IMG/VR virus record: IMGVR_UViG_2909314774_000001
DNA: 64,000 bases
Source of the DNA: a virus
Lineage: Duplodnaviria; Heunggongvirae; Uroviricota; Caudoviricetes
Reading direction: 5' to 3' (one strand)
Under the pieces are notes generated by a model. That model saw nothing but the letters and a program-made list of their open reading frames with translations. It ran no database searches and was not told where the DNA came from. The first letter of the stretch is position 1; every line of letters starts with the position of its first letter. Positions 9,686 to 19,163 of the stretch are shown here, one piece after another. The translations under genes were made by a program, and so were the position numbers.

Positions 9686-11026
9686 ATGACCGAACTTTGC
9701 CATACAGGACGCGGGCTGTCCGAAGAGTTTGATGAAGATTTCCAGAACAGACTGACGGCATATTTTTGTCGTGATCACGAGTTTCTTACTCGTGCGGGAG
9801 ATCTGGTTGTGCCTAGCCAGTTTGCCAATGCGGCCAATGCCATATTGGTTAATATGGTTTCGGGCTATTACCGTATGTACAAGAGCGCGCCCTCTTCATC
9901 TGCAATTCTGGATATGCTTAAGCGTGCGAAACGCGATAAGACTATCCGTGAGGAACTATTCGCCGATGTTGTTGCTGCGTTTAAGCGCATTCTTGCAGAA
10001 AAATTGTCCGATACCTCGTACATGGTTGACCAGGTATCAACCTTCGCAAAAAGTGTAGCGTTTGATGATGCTCTGATTAAGGCTGCTGAACTGAAAGAGA
10101 AAGGCGACTTTCAGGGGGCGATGGCAATCATGGCCAAGGTTCAGCAGATTGGATCGAACGAAGCGACCGGAATCTATGACTACTACACCTCCGCAAGTGA
10201 GCGATTGAAAGCGCGTGAATATGAGGCTTCAGAGGAGTATGTACCAAACAGTATTACAACTGGACTCCCTCTTCTCGATAGGTTGCTGTACCAAAAAGGC
10301 TGGGCAAAGCGCGAAATGGTGCTCTTCATGGGGTTCGCTAAATCCGGTAAATCGACCGCAATGGGTGAGTTTTCCATAAACGCAACGCTTGCTGGCTACA
10401 ATGTTCTGTATCTCTCGCTGGAGGTTCACACCACCATTTTATCCGACCGTTTTGATGCAAGATTGTCGGAGACAGAAATGTCCAAGCTGGTGGAACGGCG
10501 CGATGAGGTTCATCGTAAGTTGGCAGAGTTGGGAGCCACGAAGGGGATTGGTAGTTTGTGGGTGGTTGAGCGTCCGTCAGGAAGTATGTCACCGGCAGAT
10601 CTGGACCGTATGCTTAACAGCATGAAAGCCAACGGCATGGTACCTGACATGGTTGTTGTCGACTACGCAGATTTGATGCGTGCCAGTTATGACCTTCGTG
10701 ATGATCGCGCCAACATTCGTAGTATCTACACCGATTTACGTGCTCTTTATGACAAGCATAACGTTGCTGGGATCACGGCATCGCAGACAAACCGTGAAGG
10801 TGGAGCGTCAGAAGTTGCCACAATGATGCACGCTGCCGACAACATCGAAAAAGTACGTATTGCTGACCTGGTAATAACGATCAACAAAACCGAAGAAGAA
10901 GAAGCGAAAGGAGAGGCTCGTCTCTACTTTGCTGGTTCACGTAACCAGCAGGGAGGGATCAGCATTCGCGTTAAACAAAACCTCGAACAAATGCGCTTCA
11001 TTGAGCGAATCTTAGACGTTACCTAA
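9686..11026 (+). CDS. DnaB-family replicative DNA helicase
   Basis: Walker A GFAKSGKST and RecA-like C-terminal domain; conserved AAAGGAAAGCACATG start context. Confidence 0.85.
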   Translation: MTELCHTGRGLSEEFDEDFQNRLTAYFCRDHEFLTRAGDLVVPSQFANAANAILVNMVSGYYRMYKSAPSSSAILDMLKRAKRDKTIREELFADVVAAFKRILAEKLSDTSYMVDQVSTFAKSVAFDDALIKAAELKEKGDFQGAMAIMAKVQQIGSNEATGIYDYYTSASERLKAREYEASEEYVPNSITTGLPLLDRLLYQKGWAKREMVLFMGFAKSGKSTAMGEFSINATLAGYNVLYLSLEVHTTILSDRFDARLSETEMSKLVERRDEVHRKLAELGATKGIGSLWVVERPSGSMSPADLDRMLNSMKANGMVPDMVVVDYADLMRASYDLRDDRANIRSIYTDLRALYDKHNVAGITASQTNREGGASEVATMMHAADNIEKVRIADLVITINKTEEEEAKGEARLYFAGSRNQQGGISIRVKQNLEQMRFIERILDVT

Positions 11027-11107
11027 AAAATAAGCGTGGAGAACACCTCCACGCTTGATTCATTGGTGAAACAACTTTTCTTTTGCCAAACCACAAAAGA
11101 AAAACAC

Positions 11108-12286
11108 ATGAGCCTTTATGTTATATCAACATTTAGGTTGGTCACAATATTGCCTGTTAAAAGTGGAATTATCGTGAGCGAGCTGAAAGAGCTAATTACC
11201 GAATTAGATTTTGAACAATGGTTGGATACTGAAGGTATCGTTTATCGACGTGGAGGCGTGAGTGCTCGCGGTCGTGAAGTGAATATCAAGGAATGTCCGG
11301 TATGCGGCAGCTCCAACTGGAAGGTATATTTCAATCTGACCAGTGGCGTCGGCAAATGCTTTGCTGGTGATCATCCCGAAGAGATTCAGTTCAATAAGCT
11401 GGTCTTCCTCAAGCACTACAGCGGCAAATCACGACGACAGTTCGAGGAATATGTGCAGAACGCCCTTCTTTCCCAGGGGTGGGCACCAAAGAAAGAAGAG
11501 ATAGTGCTTGCAAGCACAGTCGAGTTAGAGGGACCACTTGCACTCCCTCGTCATTACGAACTTCCTATAGATGGCCGTCTTCCAGACTATCTGGTTGAAC
11601 GAAACATATCGCCTGAAATGGCAAAGTATTTTGACCTACGATACTGCGTCGAAGGCAAGCACGCCTATGTAGATCCGTATACAGATCAGGTTAAAGGACA
11701 GATATTCGATATGCGAATACTGATACCGGTTTACGATCTGGATGGGGTAATGAAGACATTTCAGGGACGAGACATTACCGGTACAGCAGAACGCCGCTAC
11801 CTCTTTCCTATGCAGCTTCCAGCTTCAGGTAAGTTTCTCTACAACGGCCATAATGCAGTCGGCAAACAGACTGTAGTTGTCTGTGAGGGGGCGTTCGATG
11901 TTATGGGGGTTAAACGAGCTATTTTTGACGAAGAAACATTACGTGATTACGTGGAACCAATAGGAACGTTCGGGATGCATCTATCTGGTAACACCACTCA
12001 GGATGCAGAAGATCAGTTAGGCGCGTTCCTGACGCTCAAGGCGCGTGGGTTACGTAATGTGATCATGATGTGGGATAGTGAAAAGCAAGCTATACGTAAT
12101 ACGATGGCCGCAGCCAGGCGACTGACCAGTATTGGTCTTAATGTCAAAGTGGCGTGTTTGGGCGAGGAAGGACTCGACCCGGGCGATGCAACGCCAGAGC
12201 AAATCATCAAAGCCTATTATCGGGCAAAACCGTATACCAAGCAGTTGGAGTTACAAAGCAAGGTTTTGGGCATTAAGGCTCTATGA
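11108..12286 (+). CDS. DNA primase (zinc-finger + TOPRIM, DnaG-like)
   Basis: CPVCGSSNWKV...GKCF zinc ribbon and TOPRIM motif VVVCEGAFDVMGV; start moved to ATG 11108, which carries the conserved AAAAACACATG context. Confidence 0.75.
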   Translation: MSLYVISTFRLVTILPVKSGIIVSELKELITELDFEQWLDTEGIVYRRGGVSARGREVNIKECPVCGSSNWKVYFNLTSGVGKCFAGDHPEEIQFNKLVFLKHYSGKSRRQFEEYVQNALLSQGWAPKKEEIVLASTVELEGPLALPRHYELPIDGRLPDYLVERNISPEMAKYFDLRYCVEGKHAYVDPYTDQVKGQIFDMRILIPVYDLDGVMKTFQGRDITGTAERRYLFPMQLPASGKFLYNGHNAVGKQTVVVCEGAFDVMGVKRAIFDEETLRDYVEPIGTFGMHLSGNTTQDAEDQLGAFLTLKARGLRNVIMMWDSEKQAIRNTMAAARRLTSIGLNVKVACLGEEGLDPGDATPEQIIKAYYRAKPYTKQLELQSKVLGIKAL

Positions 12287-12364
12287 TAACAATCACCTTT
12301 AAAATAAGTAGATGATTACTTATCTTTCTGTGAGAATACTTTCATCTGTTAGCTAGGAGTTGGT

Positions 12365-13141
12365 ATGAAAGACGAAATTCAGAAATTAGCCTGCGACATC
12401 ATTGATAAAACTGGTTTAGAAATCAGCGAGAGCAATCGGCTAGACATCATTGAAAAAGCCGTAAAAACAGCAATGGATCATATCGCCACTCGTTTGGTCG
12501 AGATCCCGCTACCAGGGCTACCTTATCTGAAAGTTGAGTTACACGTATGGGGTGAACCTTCTTGTTCACGGCGTTCTGCATTAGTTGTTTTTATTAGCAA
12601 AGAAAACCCGCTCAGTCTTAAAGTGCAGGTTGGTGCATGGATGGATGGAAAAGTGATCTACACAAATACCGTTTTTTGTCTTTCAAACGACGAAACTATT
12701 GAAGCGGCCATTCAAGAAGCAGTTCTAGCAATGCGCAGCAGCGGTTTGATGAAGAATAACTACGAAGAGTACTTGCGTTCGATAAGTGGTGAAAAGACAT
12801 TATCTCTGAAAGCAGATTTCGTTACCCCGAAAAATCTGTTGGAAGTCTTGCTTAATAAAGGGGCTAATGATGCCGTAAATGTAATCAGAGAGAGTGAGTA
12901 TGCGTCTCTTTGCGACATGTGCAAAAGCCAGTTGGATCTGGTGCATATCGTTATTGATGCTGGGAAGGCATGTGATGGCGTAATGGCGGAATTTGCTTGG
13001 AAGGTGGTCAGGATTGCTAACGAATTACCGATGATAGAGCAAGAGGCCAAATCATACGCCACCAATCATGTCACAGAGCTTCTTGTCCCCTATCGCTTAG
13101 AAAGCAATCAGCGCAAGATGGTTAGCTGGGGAAGTTGGTAA
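12365..13141 (+). CDS. Hypothetical protein
   Basis: 258-codon ORF in the replication gene cluster. Confidence 0.5.
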   Translation: MKDEIQKLACDIIDKTGLEISESNRLDIIEKAVKTAMDHIATRLVEIPLPGLPYLKVELHVWGEPSCSRRSALVVFISKENPLSLKVQVGAWMDGKVIYTNTVFCLSNDETIEAAIQEAVLAMRSSGLMKNNYEEYLRSISGEKTLSLKADFVTPKNLLEVLLNKGANDAVNVIRESEYASLCDMCKSQLDLVHIVIDAGKACDGVMAEFAWKVVRIANELPMIEQEAKSYATNHVTELLVPYRLESNQRKMVSWGSW

Positions 13142-13196
13142 TCTCTCCGCGCGTCGTTTTTTACGCAAATAACGATAGGTAAGTACAAGATTATTT

Positions 13197-13679
13197 ATGG
13201 CGGTAGTTGTGAAAGCTGATTTGTCAAAAATCCCTTCTATTTCAGGAAATAACGGTTATTCACTTCGTTGTGAGGAAGTAAAGATAAACGGTGAGTCGGC
13301 ATATTGCAGCTATTCCGTTTGCCAGCACACCATTCTTGCCTTCAAAGAAAACCGTCTTCCTCGAACTTCTTTCCAGTCGTGCGCAACCGCTATCAAAGAA
13401 GGCAAATGCAAGGCGTTAAAAATGATGGTTGAAGAGATTCGTAAAGGAGAATCTCTGTATTTCGAAGATATGACCGCGCTCATTAAGGAGGTTGAAGAAC
13501 GGAATAAACAAGCCAGAACTATAAAACGAAAACGTGACAGTGTAACGATTAATAGCATGGTTAAGAAGAGCACCACATCACAAACAGCGATCACTGACGT
13601 GTATGCGGCGTTGCTTGAAGAAACAACAAAAGAAACACATGAGCAAATCGATCAACATATGGAGGCAAAACAACAATGA
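13197..13679 (+). CDS. Hypothetical protein
   Basis: 160-codon ORF with a Cys cluster; overlaps the ligase start (ATGA). Confidence 0.45.
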   Translation: MAVVVKADLSKIPSISGNNGYSLRCEEVKINGESAYCSYSVCQHTILAFKENRLPRTSFQSCATAIKEGKCKALKMMVEEIRKGESLYFEDMTALIKEVEERNKQARTIKRKRDSVTINSMVKKSTTSQTAITDVYAALLEETTKETHEQIDQHMEAKQQ

Positions 13680-14998
13680 AAAAGTTGATCGCACTTAAGC
13701 ATAAGCTGGACGAAATGAAAGCTATGGGAACCAATGCAAAAAAAGAGGCATTGGCCAACATGGATGACTTCGAGCAAAGCATGGTTTCATTGATGCTCAA
13801 CCCTTTCATCCGTTTTGGGGTAAAGAAATACAAAGTGGCAGAGCCGCTTAGTGAGTCCGTCCCAAGTGACGAAAAAGCCATTGATATACTGAATAAGCTG
13901 GCCTCTCGCGAGCTGACGGGGAACGCAGCAATAGCTGCTGTTGAGTCTATCGTGGCGTCAATGTGCGCCGATGGGCAGGACGTGTTCCGTCGTTTCCTCT
14001 TAAAAGATCCGAAAGCTGGCGTTGGGATTAGCCTATGCAACAAGGTTTTTGAAAATCCCATTCCGAAATTTGAGGTGCAGCTGGCGTCACCGTATAAAGA
14101 AAAAGGCGACAAATACCCCTTCAAGCCAAATCCTAAAGCCAAATGGCCGATGATTGGCAGCCTTAAGCTCGATGGTTTGCGAGTAATTTGTGAGGTTATT
14201 GTTGACGAGGAAGAGGTGAACTTCCTTTCTCGTACTGGTAATCCAATCACGTCTCTCGATCACCTAAAGCCAGCCATGCTCGAATTAGGCAAACTTTCAG
14301 GCCACAAACACATCTTCTTCGATGGTGAAGGAACAGCCGGTTCATTTAACCAGTCCGTATCTGCATTGCGCAAAAAGAACGTGCAGGCAATTGGCGCTAT
14401 TTATCATGTTTTCGACTTCTTCCTACCGGAATGGCGGGCACAGGCTAAATCCAAAGAGTATGCAAAGACAGGTATGAAGCTGAAAGAGCGCCTGGCTATT
14501 CTCGTGGCGTTGTTCAAAAACGATCGCAGTGAAGACTACGCGCAAGACATTCACCTACATCCGTTCTACATCATCCATAGCCACGAAGACTTCATCGAAC
14601 GCTTCATGAAACGCCTGGACGATAACGAAGAAGGGGAGATGGGCAAAGATCCGAACTCTGTTTACGAGTTTAAACGTACCCGCAGCTGGTGGAAGTTAAA
14701 AGACGAAGATTCAGAAGATGGTGAAATTATCGACTTTGAGCCTGGCGACCCGGACTCTGGTTTTGCCAACACGCTTGGAAAAATTGTTATTCGTCTTGAA
14801 AACGGCGTCATCGTTCGTGCGAGTGGCATTAAGCATAAATATCTGGACGAGATCTGGAACAACAAAGAGAAGTACCGTGGTCGTATTGTCGAGGTTCATT
14901 GTCACGAGAAAACACCTGATGGCAGCTTACGCCACCCACGACTGAAATGGCCGCGTTGCTTACGCGATACCGAAGATCGAATCGGAGATAAAGAATGA
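13676..14998 (+). CDS. ATP-dependent DNA ligase
   Basis: Adenylation motif I KLDG (GSLKLDGLRVICEV) and later ligase motifs. Confidence 0.8.
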   Translation: MKKLIALKHKLDEMKAMGTNAKKEALANMDDFEQSMVSLMLNPFIRFGVKKYKVAEPLSESVPSDEKAIDILNKLASRELTGNAAIAAVESIVASMCADGQDVFRRFLLKDPKAGVGISLCNKVFENPIPKFEVQLASPYKEKGDKYPFKPNPKAKWPMIGSLKLDGLRVICEVIVDEEEVNFLSRTGNPITSLDHLKPAMLELGKLSGHKHIFFDGEGTAGSFNQSVSALRKKNVQAIGAIYHVFDFFLPEWRAQAKSKEYAKTGMKLKERLAILVALFKNDRSEDYAQDIHLHPFYIIHSHEDFIERFMKRLDDNEEGEMGKDPNSVYEFKRTRSWWKLKDEDSEDGEIIDFEPGDPDSGFANTLGKIVIRLENGVIVRASGIKHKYLDEIWNNKEKYRGRIVEVHCHEKTPDGSLRHPRLKWPRCLRDTEDRIGDKE

Positions 14999-15210
14999 TC
15001 GTATTAAGTAAAAGGGAGAAAGAAACGCTTCATGAAATCAGTAAGTGGCCGGAGTTCCCTGAGTACTGGAAGCCTAAAACGCGAGCTAAGTTAGAGCGTT
15101 TAGGGTTGGTTGCAAACGTTTCTGAAACGTGGTGCTCGGCCAACTACCAGTTAACTGATAAAGGGAAAGTATTGCTACAGCAATTAGTAGAATCAGGAGT
15201 GTTAAAATGA
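14995..15210 (+). CDS. Hypothetical small protein
   Basis: 71-codon ORF, start overlaps the ligase stop. Confidence 0.4.
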   Translation: MIVLSKREKETLHEISKWPEFPEYWKPKTRAKLERLGLVANVSETWCSANYQLTDKGKVLLQQLVESGVLK

Positions 15211-15359
15211 TTCCATACATCTCATTAGCTTTTATGGGTGGCTTCCTTATCGGCTTCGGCATCTGTCGTGATTTAATTAAGCAGGAACTTAAAACCAAAA
15301 CACTGTGCATCGGAAAGCGTGTGTATCGGGTAGTTCATGAAACAAAGGTTAGAAAATGA
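15207..15359 (+). CDS. Small membrane protein (50 aa), translationally coupled
   Basis: ATGA overlaps at both ends; hydrophobic helix ISLAFMGGFLIGFGIC; below the ORF-track length cut-off. Confidence 0.35.
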   Translation: MIPYISLAFMGGFLIGFGICRDLIKQELKTKTLCIGKRVYRVVHETKVRK

Positions 15360-15646
15360 GCAATTTAACTTCTTGGGACTGGTGGTTGGCCACCTATTTC
15401 TTAGCGGCCGGAGTCGCATTCGCCTTTTACGTAGGTCAGTTAGTCGTAAAACTGCTGCTGATTAAATTTGCCAGTCATAAACGTATCGATGATGGTCTGT
15501 GGCGTCTTGGCACCCTGGTGGAAACTCGCTACGGGCAACTTAAGGAGAACGAAACCATTACTATCCAAGCGAAACGGTTCACTGCCACCATCACAAGAAC
15601 ACCTAGTCGTAGAGTGGCCTTGATCAAAAAAGTCACAACCGAATAA
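15356..15646 (+). CDS. Hypothetical membrane protein
   Basis: N-terminal TM helix (WWLATYFLAAGVAFAFYVG). Confidence 0.4.
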   Translation: MSNLTSWDWWLATYFLAAGVAFAFYVGQLVVKLLLIKFASHKRIDDGLWRLGTLVETRYGQLKENETITIQAKRFTATITRTPSRRVALIKKVTTE

Positions 15647-15881
15647 AAATACAATGATAAGTATTTACTTACTTATCTTTTATGTATAAGATGACTTTGT
15701 TTTCGTTGAGACGCGACTGTTTGAACTTAAATACAAGTGCAAACGAAGAAGTCTATCTGGCAGTAGCCTAATAAGCCAAACACCAGCGAGGTCAGTTTCC
15801 AGCCTCGTTACCGAAATGGGACACACTGAGCGAGTGTGATTGCAGAACGCAGGAGGGAACATTCATGTTCCCTCCGATGAA

Positions 15882-15960
15882 GTAACAGAATGGGCGGTTG
15901 GTATATTTTCAACTCCATATGACTCCCGGATTCTTAGCCACTGACCGCCCATCCTGTTAC
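15882..15960. repeat. Long imperfect hairpin A (candidate structured RNA)
   Basis: 17 bp arms GTAACAGAATGGGCGGT / ACCGCCCATCCTGTTAC around a ~45 nt loop. Confidence 0.5.
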
Positions 15961-16034
15961 GTCATTTTGTTCAATTATGCCGTTTATACTGGGTTAAAAA
16001 GCGGCGACGTAGCCCGGCTGGTATGGTTAGCCAG

Positions 16035-16160
16035 CACACAACGTTGAGGCCATTACATTTTTATCAATTCTAAGGTTCTATTCACAGAGATACCGGCGAG
16101 CGTTGATATGTAACATGTTGGGCAAACATTCAATCGGAGTAGTGGCCTCAACGTTGTGAA
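16035..16160. repeat. Long imperfect hairpin B (candidate structured RNA)
   Basis: Arms CACAACGTTGAGGCCA / TGGCCTCAACGTTGTG around a ~85 nt loop. Confidence 0.5.
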
Positions 16161-16424
16161 GACGGGATTGTTGTGTAGGTTTAACCACTGTTGCCATTGG
16201 TGCCTGTTTTCACAACAAATGATTCCATACATCACATTGTATAAATTACAAAGTAGGTGCTGTCCTCAGAAACATCATCTACTTAAAGATTTTGCCTTCT
16301 ACTATTGAGCGAAGTCGAAAGCGTCTGGCACTAACGAAAAGTGCAAGTAGCGGTGCGTTTCCTGGCAGAAACTAAACCGTCGCGATTGGCACTGTTGAGT
16401 AATAAATACTGGCAGTGCTGAATT

Positions 16425-16499
16425 GATGGTGTAGCTCAGCGGTAGAGCAGTTGGCTGTTAACCAACTGGTCGGTGGTTCGAATCCACCCACCATCGCCA
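16425..16499 (+). tRNA. tRNA-Asn (anticodon GTT)
   Basis: Hand-folded cloverleaf: acceptor GATGGTG/CACCATC, anticodon loop CTGTTAA, T-loop GGTTCGAATCC, 3' CCA encoded. Confidence 0.85.
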
Positions 16500-16504
16500 A
16501 TTTA

Positions 16505-16591
16505 GGGGAGTTAGTCCGTAGGGGCAGCGGGGTAGACTGTAAATCTACTGTCATTGCGACTCGGGTGGTTCGACTCCATCACTCCCCACCA
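16505..16591 (+). tRNA. tRNA-Tyr (anticodon GTA), class II with long variable arm; D-arm non-canonical
   Basis: Acceptor GGGGAGT/ACTCCCC, anticodon arm GTAGA-CTGTAAA-TCTAC, T-loop TTCGACT, CCA encoded; the D-arm would not fold canonically by hand. Confidence 0.6.
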
Positions 16592-16595
16592 AATT

Positions 16596-16671
16596 GCCGG
16601 TTTAGCTCAGTTGGTAGAGCGCCTGCCTTGTAAGCAGGATGTCAGCGGTTCGATCCCGTTAACCGGCACCA
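16596..16671 (+). tRNA. tRNA-Thr (anticodon TGT)
   Basis: Acceptor GCCGGTT/AACCGGC, D-arm GCTCAGTTGGTAGAGC, anticodon loop CTTGTAA, T-loop TTCGATC, CCA encoded. Confidence 0.85.
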
Positions 16672-16762
16672 ACACAACAGGTAAGAGCATTGGGCGAATC
16701 GGCGATACTGACCACAAGCCCGTAAATCGATAGAGTCAGACCAGTGCTCTTACCGTTGTGAG
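16672..16762. repeat. Long imperfect hairpin C (candidate structured RNA)
   Basis: Arms CAACAGGTAAGAGCATTGG / CCAGTGCTCTTACCGTTG, ~47 nt loop; begins right after tRNA-Thr. Confidence 0.5.
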
Positions 16763-16807
16763 GAAGTGCAGCTCTTTGAAGCAACCAGAAGATAAGCATC
16801 TGGCTTC

Positions 16808-16892
16808 ACAACACAACGATAAGATCATTACGGTTAATCGTCGTTCATGTGCACAATGACTGGTCGAAAGGTAGTGATCTTACCGTTGTGAT
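16808..16892. repeat. Long imperfect hairpin D (candidate structured RNA)
   Basis: Arms CAACGATAAGATCA / TGATCTTACCGTTG, ~48 nt loop. Confidence 0.5.
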
Positions 16893-16990
16893 GAATGCAC
16901 AGGCTGATGTGCCGCAACTACAGTAGTGCGCGCTTTGCGGGGCTTGCTACAACCCTGTGTCGGAGTTCAGCACCGACCATCACAATAGCT

Positions 16991-17074
16991 GGAGAGTAGG
17001 GAGCATGGTGCTCAAGCGGTCTTGAAATCCGTCCCATTGTGCAAACGATGATGGTTCGATTCCATTACTCTCCG
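16991..17074 (+). tRNA. tRNA-Ser (anticodon TGA), class II; D-arm and anticodon stem imperfect
   Basis: Acceptor GGAGAGT/ACTCTCC with discriminator G and CCA; anticodon loop CTTGAAA; T-loop TTCGATT; long variable arm. Confidence 0.55.
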
Positions 17075-17075
17075 C

Positions 17076-17157
17076 CAGACACAGCGTTGAGCGGTTTGGC
17101 CTTTTAATCAACCAGATTAAGACTCCGCTAACATAAACCAGACCGCTCAACGCTGTG
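17076..17157. repeat. Long imperfect hairpin E (candidate structured RNA)
   Basis: Arms ACAGCGTTGAGCGGTTTGG / CCAGACCGCTCAACGCTGT, ~38 nt loop; directly after tRNA-Ser. Confidence 0.5.
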
Positions 17158-17234
17158 ATAGACAATTACGGCAGACGTTCTTAACCATAGCTTGCTAACA
17201 TCCTAGCAACACTTTTTTCAGCGCAAAATTCAAA

Positions 17235-17254
17235 GGGGCTTCGGCCCCTTTTTT
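17235..17254. terminator. Intrinsic terminator, probably bidirectional
   Basis: GGGGC-TTCG-GCCCC followed by TTTTTT on the + strand, with a T-rich tract on the - strand as well; separates the tRNA cluster from the convergent gene at 17270-18532. Confidence 0.7.
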
Positions 17255-17269
17255 GTTGAACAGTGCAAT

Positions 17270-18532
17270 TTACTTTGCATAGTCGCCCAATTTTAATATT
17301 TCGCGCTTATATTCATTAACCATGCTACTGGATTCAGTATAAATTCGATTTAAAAGATTATCGTTATCTTTATTTTCATTTATCTTAATTAGTGCTAATT
17401 TATATTCATAGTCATCAAATGCCACAATTAAATGGTGGCCTGGGATTATATCTTCGTCACTCTTAAAGTATATATCTTCAAGTATGTAATCTAGTTGATT
17501 AGATTTTCTTTTCTCGATGTAATCTTCAGCCATAGCTATTACATCATTCCTGTCATTTAACCTGTTTTTTTCGGAAGGCACATCTTCGTAATGTTGCACG
17601 ATTGAACAACCAATAAGGCGTGGGATGTAAACGTCAAAATGAGTAACTCTATCATTCGCGGTTTTAAGTAGTTCCTCAAAGTAGTTTCTTACATGTAAAG
17701 GCAACTTCTCAAAGTAATCATTAATTATAGGAGAACAAGGAGTTTTATAATTCATAAGAACCGACGGTACGAGCTTTGGGTGTCGAAACATCCAGTCCCT
17801 TTTAACGTCCGATGGAACATAATAACTTTTAATGATATTATCAAAATAATTTATCATTCGAGATTTGAATATTTTGTTGAATCTAAGGTTTATGAATGTA
17901 TCCAGATAAGGCATATTTGAATAAGCATCATCAAAAAATATTTCATCATTGAAAAAATCATATTTATTCAATAAACAACACAGTTTTTCCGAATTAATAT
18001 GTTCACAATAATCGATTTTTAATCCAAAGATAGCAATGATCAACTTCATCTGAGGTGGGATTTTAAAAATTAATTGTGACACATACGCTCTTTTTTCCTT
18101 GAGACATTCCCCATCAATATAAAATGAACCATCCACATACTCAAATATATTAATAATATGCTTCACATACTGTATTACCTCATGCTGTCTTACCAATGGG
18201 TAATATAGTCTATGTAACTCATCGCTGTTTAAATTAATTTTGTGTTTATCGATAATTTGTTTTGCAAGAAGACATAACTCATCATGTTGATTTAATAAGG
18301 AATCAAACCATTGTTTAAATGCACTCTTTCGCATTTCGAACAATGATTCAGTTGTTAATTGAAGGGCTGAAAAAGCTGCTTTTGCACTTTTTCTCGCTTC
18401 GTAGGCATTCCATGCTGTTGCTATAAAAGCAAATGCTGTAGCCAATGTTCCAACAGTTTGACCATTTAAAACAACCCAATCCCAAAAAATGACGGTGAGC
18501 AGTAGTATAATAATGAAAATTAAAAAAGGCAT
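17270..18532 (-). CDS. Membrane-anchored protein of unknown function (420 aa), AT-rich island
   Basis: N-terminal hydrophobic helices (FLIFIIILLLTVIFWDWVVL; TLATAFAFIATAW) then a large Asn/Tyr/Lys/Phe-rich soluble domain; base composition far more AT-rich than flanking genes. Confidence 0.6.
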   Translation of the reverse strand: MPFLIFIIILLLTVIFWDWVVLNGQTVGTLATAFAFIATAWNAYEARKSAKAAFSALQLTTESLFEMRKSAFKQWFDSLLNQHDELCLLAKQIIDKHKINLNSDELHRLYYPLVRQHEVIQYVKHIINIFEYVDGSFYIDGECLKEKRAYVSQLIFKIPPQMKLIIAIFGLKIDYCEHINSEKLCCLLNKYDFFNDEIFFDDAYSNMPYLDTFINLRFNKIFKSRMINYFDNIIKSYYVPSDVKRDWMFRHPKLVPSVLMNYKTPCSPIINDYFEKLPLHVRNYFEELLKTANDRVTHFDVYIPRLIGCSIVQHYEDVPSEKNRLNDRNDVIAMAEDYIEKRKSNQLDYILEDIYFKSDEDIIPGHHLIVAFDDYEYKLALIKINENKDNDNLLNRIYTESSSMVNEYKREILKLGDYAK

Positions 18533-18706
18533 GTATGTATTTCACTCTACTAACTATAAAATATTAGGCTAATGTTAACCAAACAATGCCTTAATTAATA
18601 GATTGATCGAGGCTTTAATAGCTTTATAATGCAGATTGCAAAGATAAGTATGCACACACCTATCTTCTTTGTAAGTAAAGTTGCATATCAATTCTATGAG
18701 GTAACA

Positions 18707-18952
18707 ATGACAATCACTATCTACGGACGAGATAACTGCTCATACTGCAAACGTGCGGTCGAGCTGGCGAAGCAACTAAAGGGACATGGCTACGGTGATT
18801 ATGAGTACATCGACATCACTACTGCCGGTATCGACAAGGAAAAACTTAGTGAAATTGTTGGTAAACCGGTAGAGACTATCCCCCAAGTACTGATCGATGG
18901 TCAACCGATTGGCGGATACACAGAACTGGCTGCATACGTCAGCACCCTCTGA
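18707..18952 (+). CDS. Glutaredoxin (NrdH/Grx-like)
   Basis: Thioredoxin-fold N-terminus MTITIYGRDNCSYCKRA with CxxC active site; start moved to ATG 18707, with GAGG upstream. Confidence 0.75.
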   Translation: MTITIYGRDNCSYCKRAVELAKQLKGHGYGDYEYIDITTAGIDKEKLSEIVGKPVETIPQVLIDGQPIGGYTELAAYVSTL

Positions 18953-18958
18953 TTTTAA

Positions 18959-18981
18959 CGGCTCACAGGAGCCGTTTTTTA
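18959..18981 (+). terminator. Intrinsic terminator
   Basis: CGGCTC-ACAG-GAGCCG followed by TTTTTT. Confidence 0.65.
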
Positions 18982-19163
18982 TTCCCACCAAACTCACTCC
19001 TGTTTCCCTTAAAATTCAAAAAACAACGTCTAAATGATTCCATACCTACTATGTATGGAATCATTGCTGAAAATGAGTTACTTTTACTCTTGATCCTATA
19101 AGAATCTATGCCTAATATACTGTTTACTTATACAGTGCATCGGCGTAACTCGGTGATTGTCAT

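Noticed and set aside
16372-17165. Short ORFs overlapping the tRNA genes (16372-16554, 16451-16633, 16980-17165).
   Set aside because: They coincide with tRNA cloverleaf sequences and are GC-skewed artefacts of the tRNA genes.
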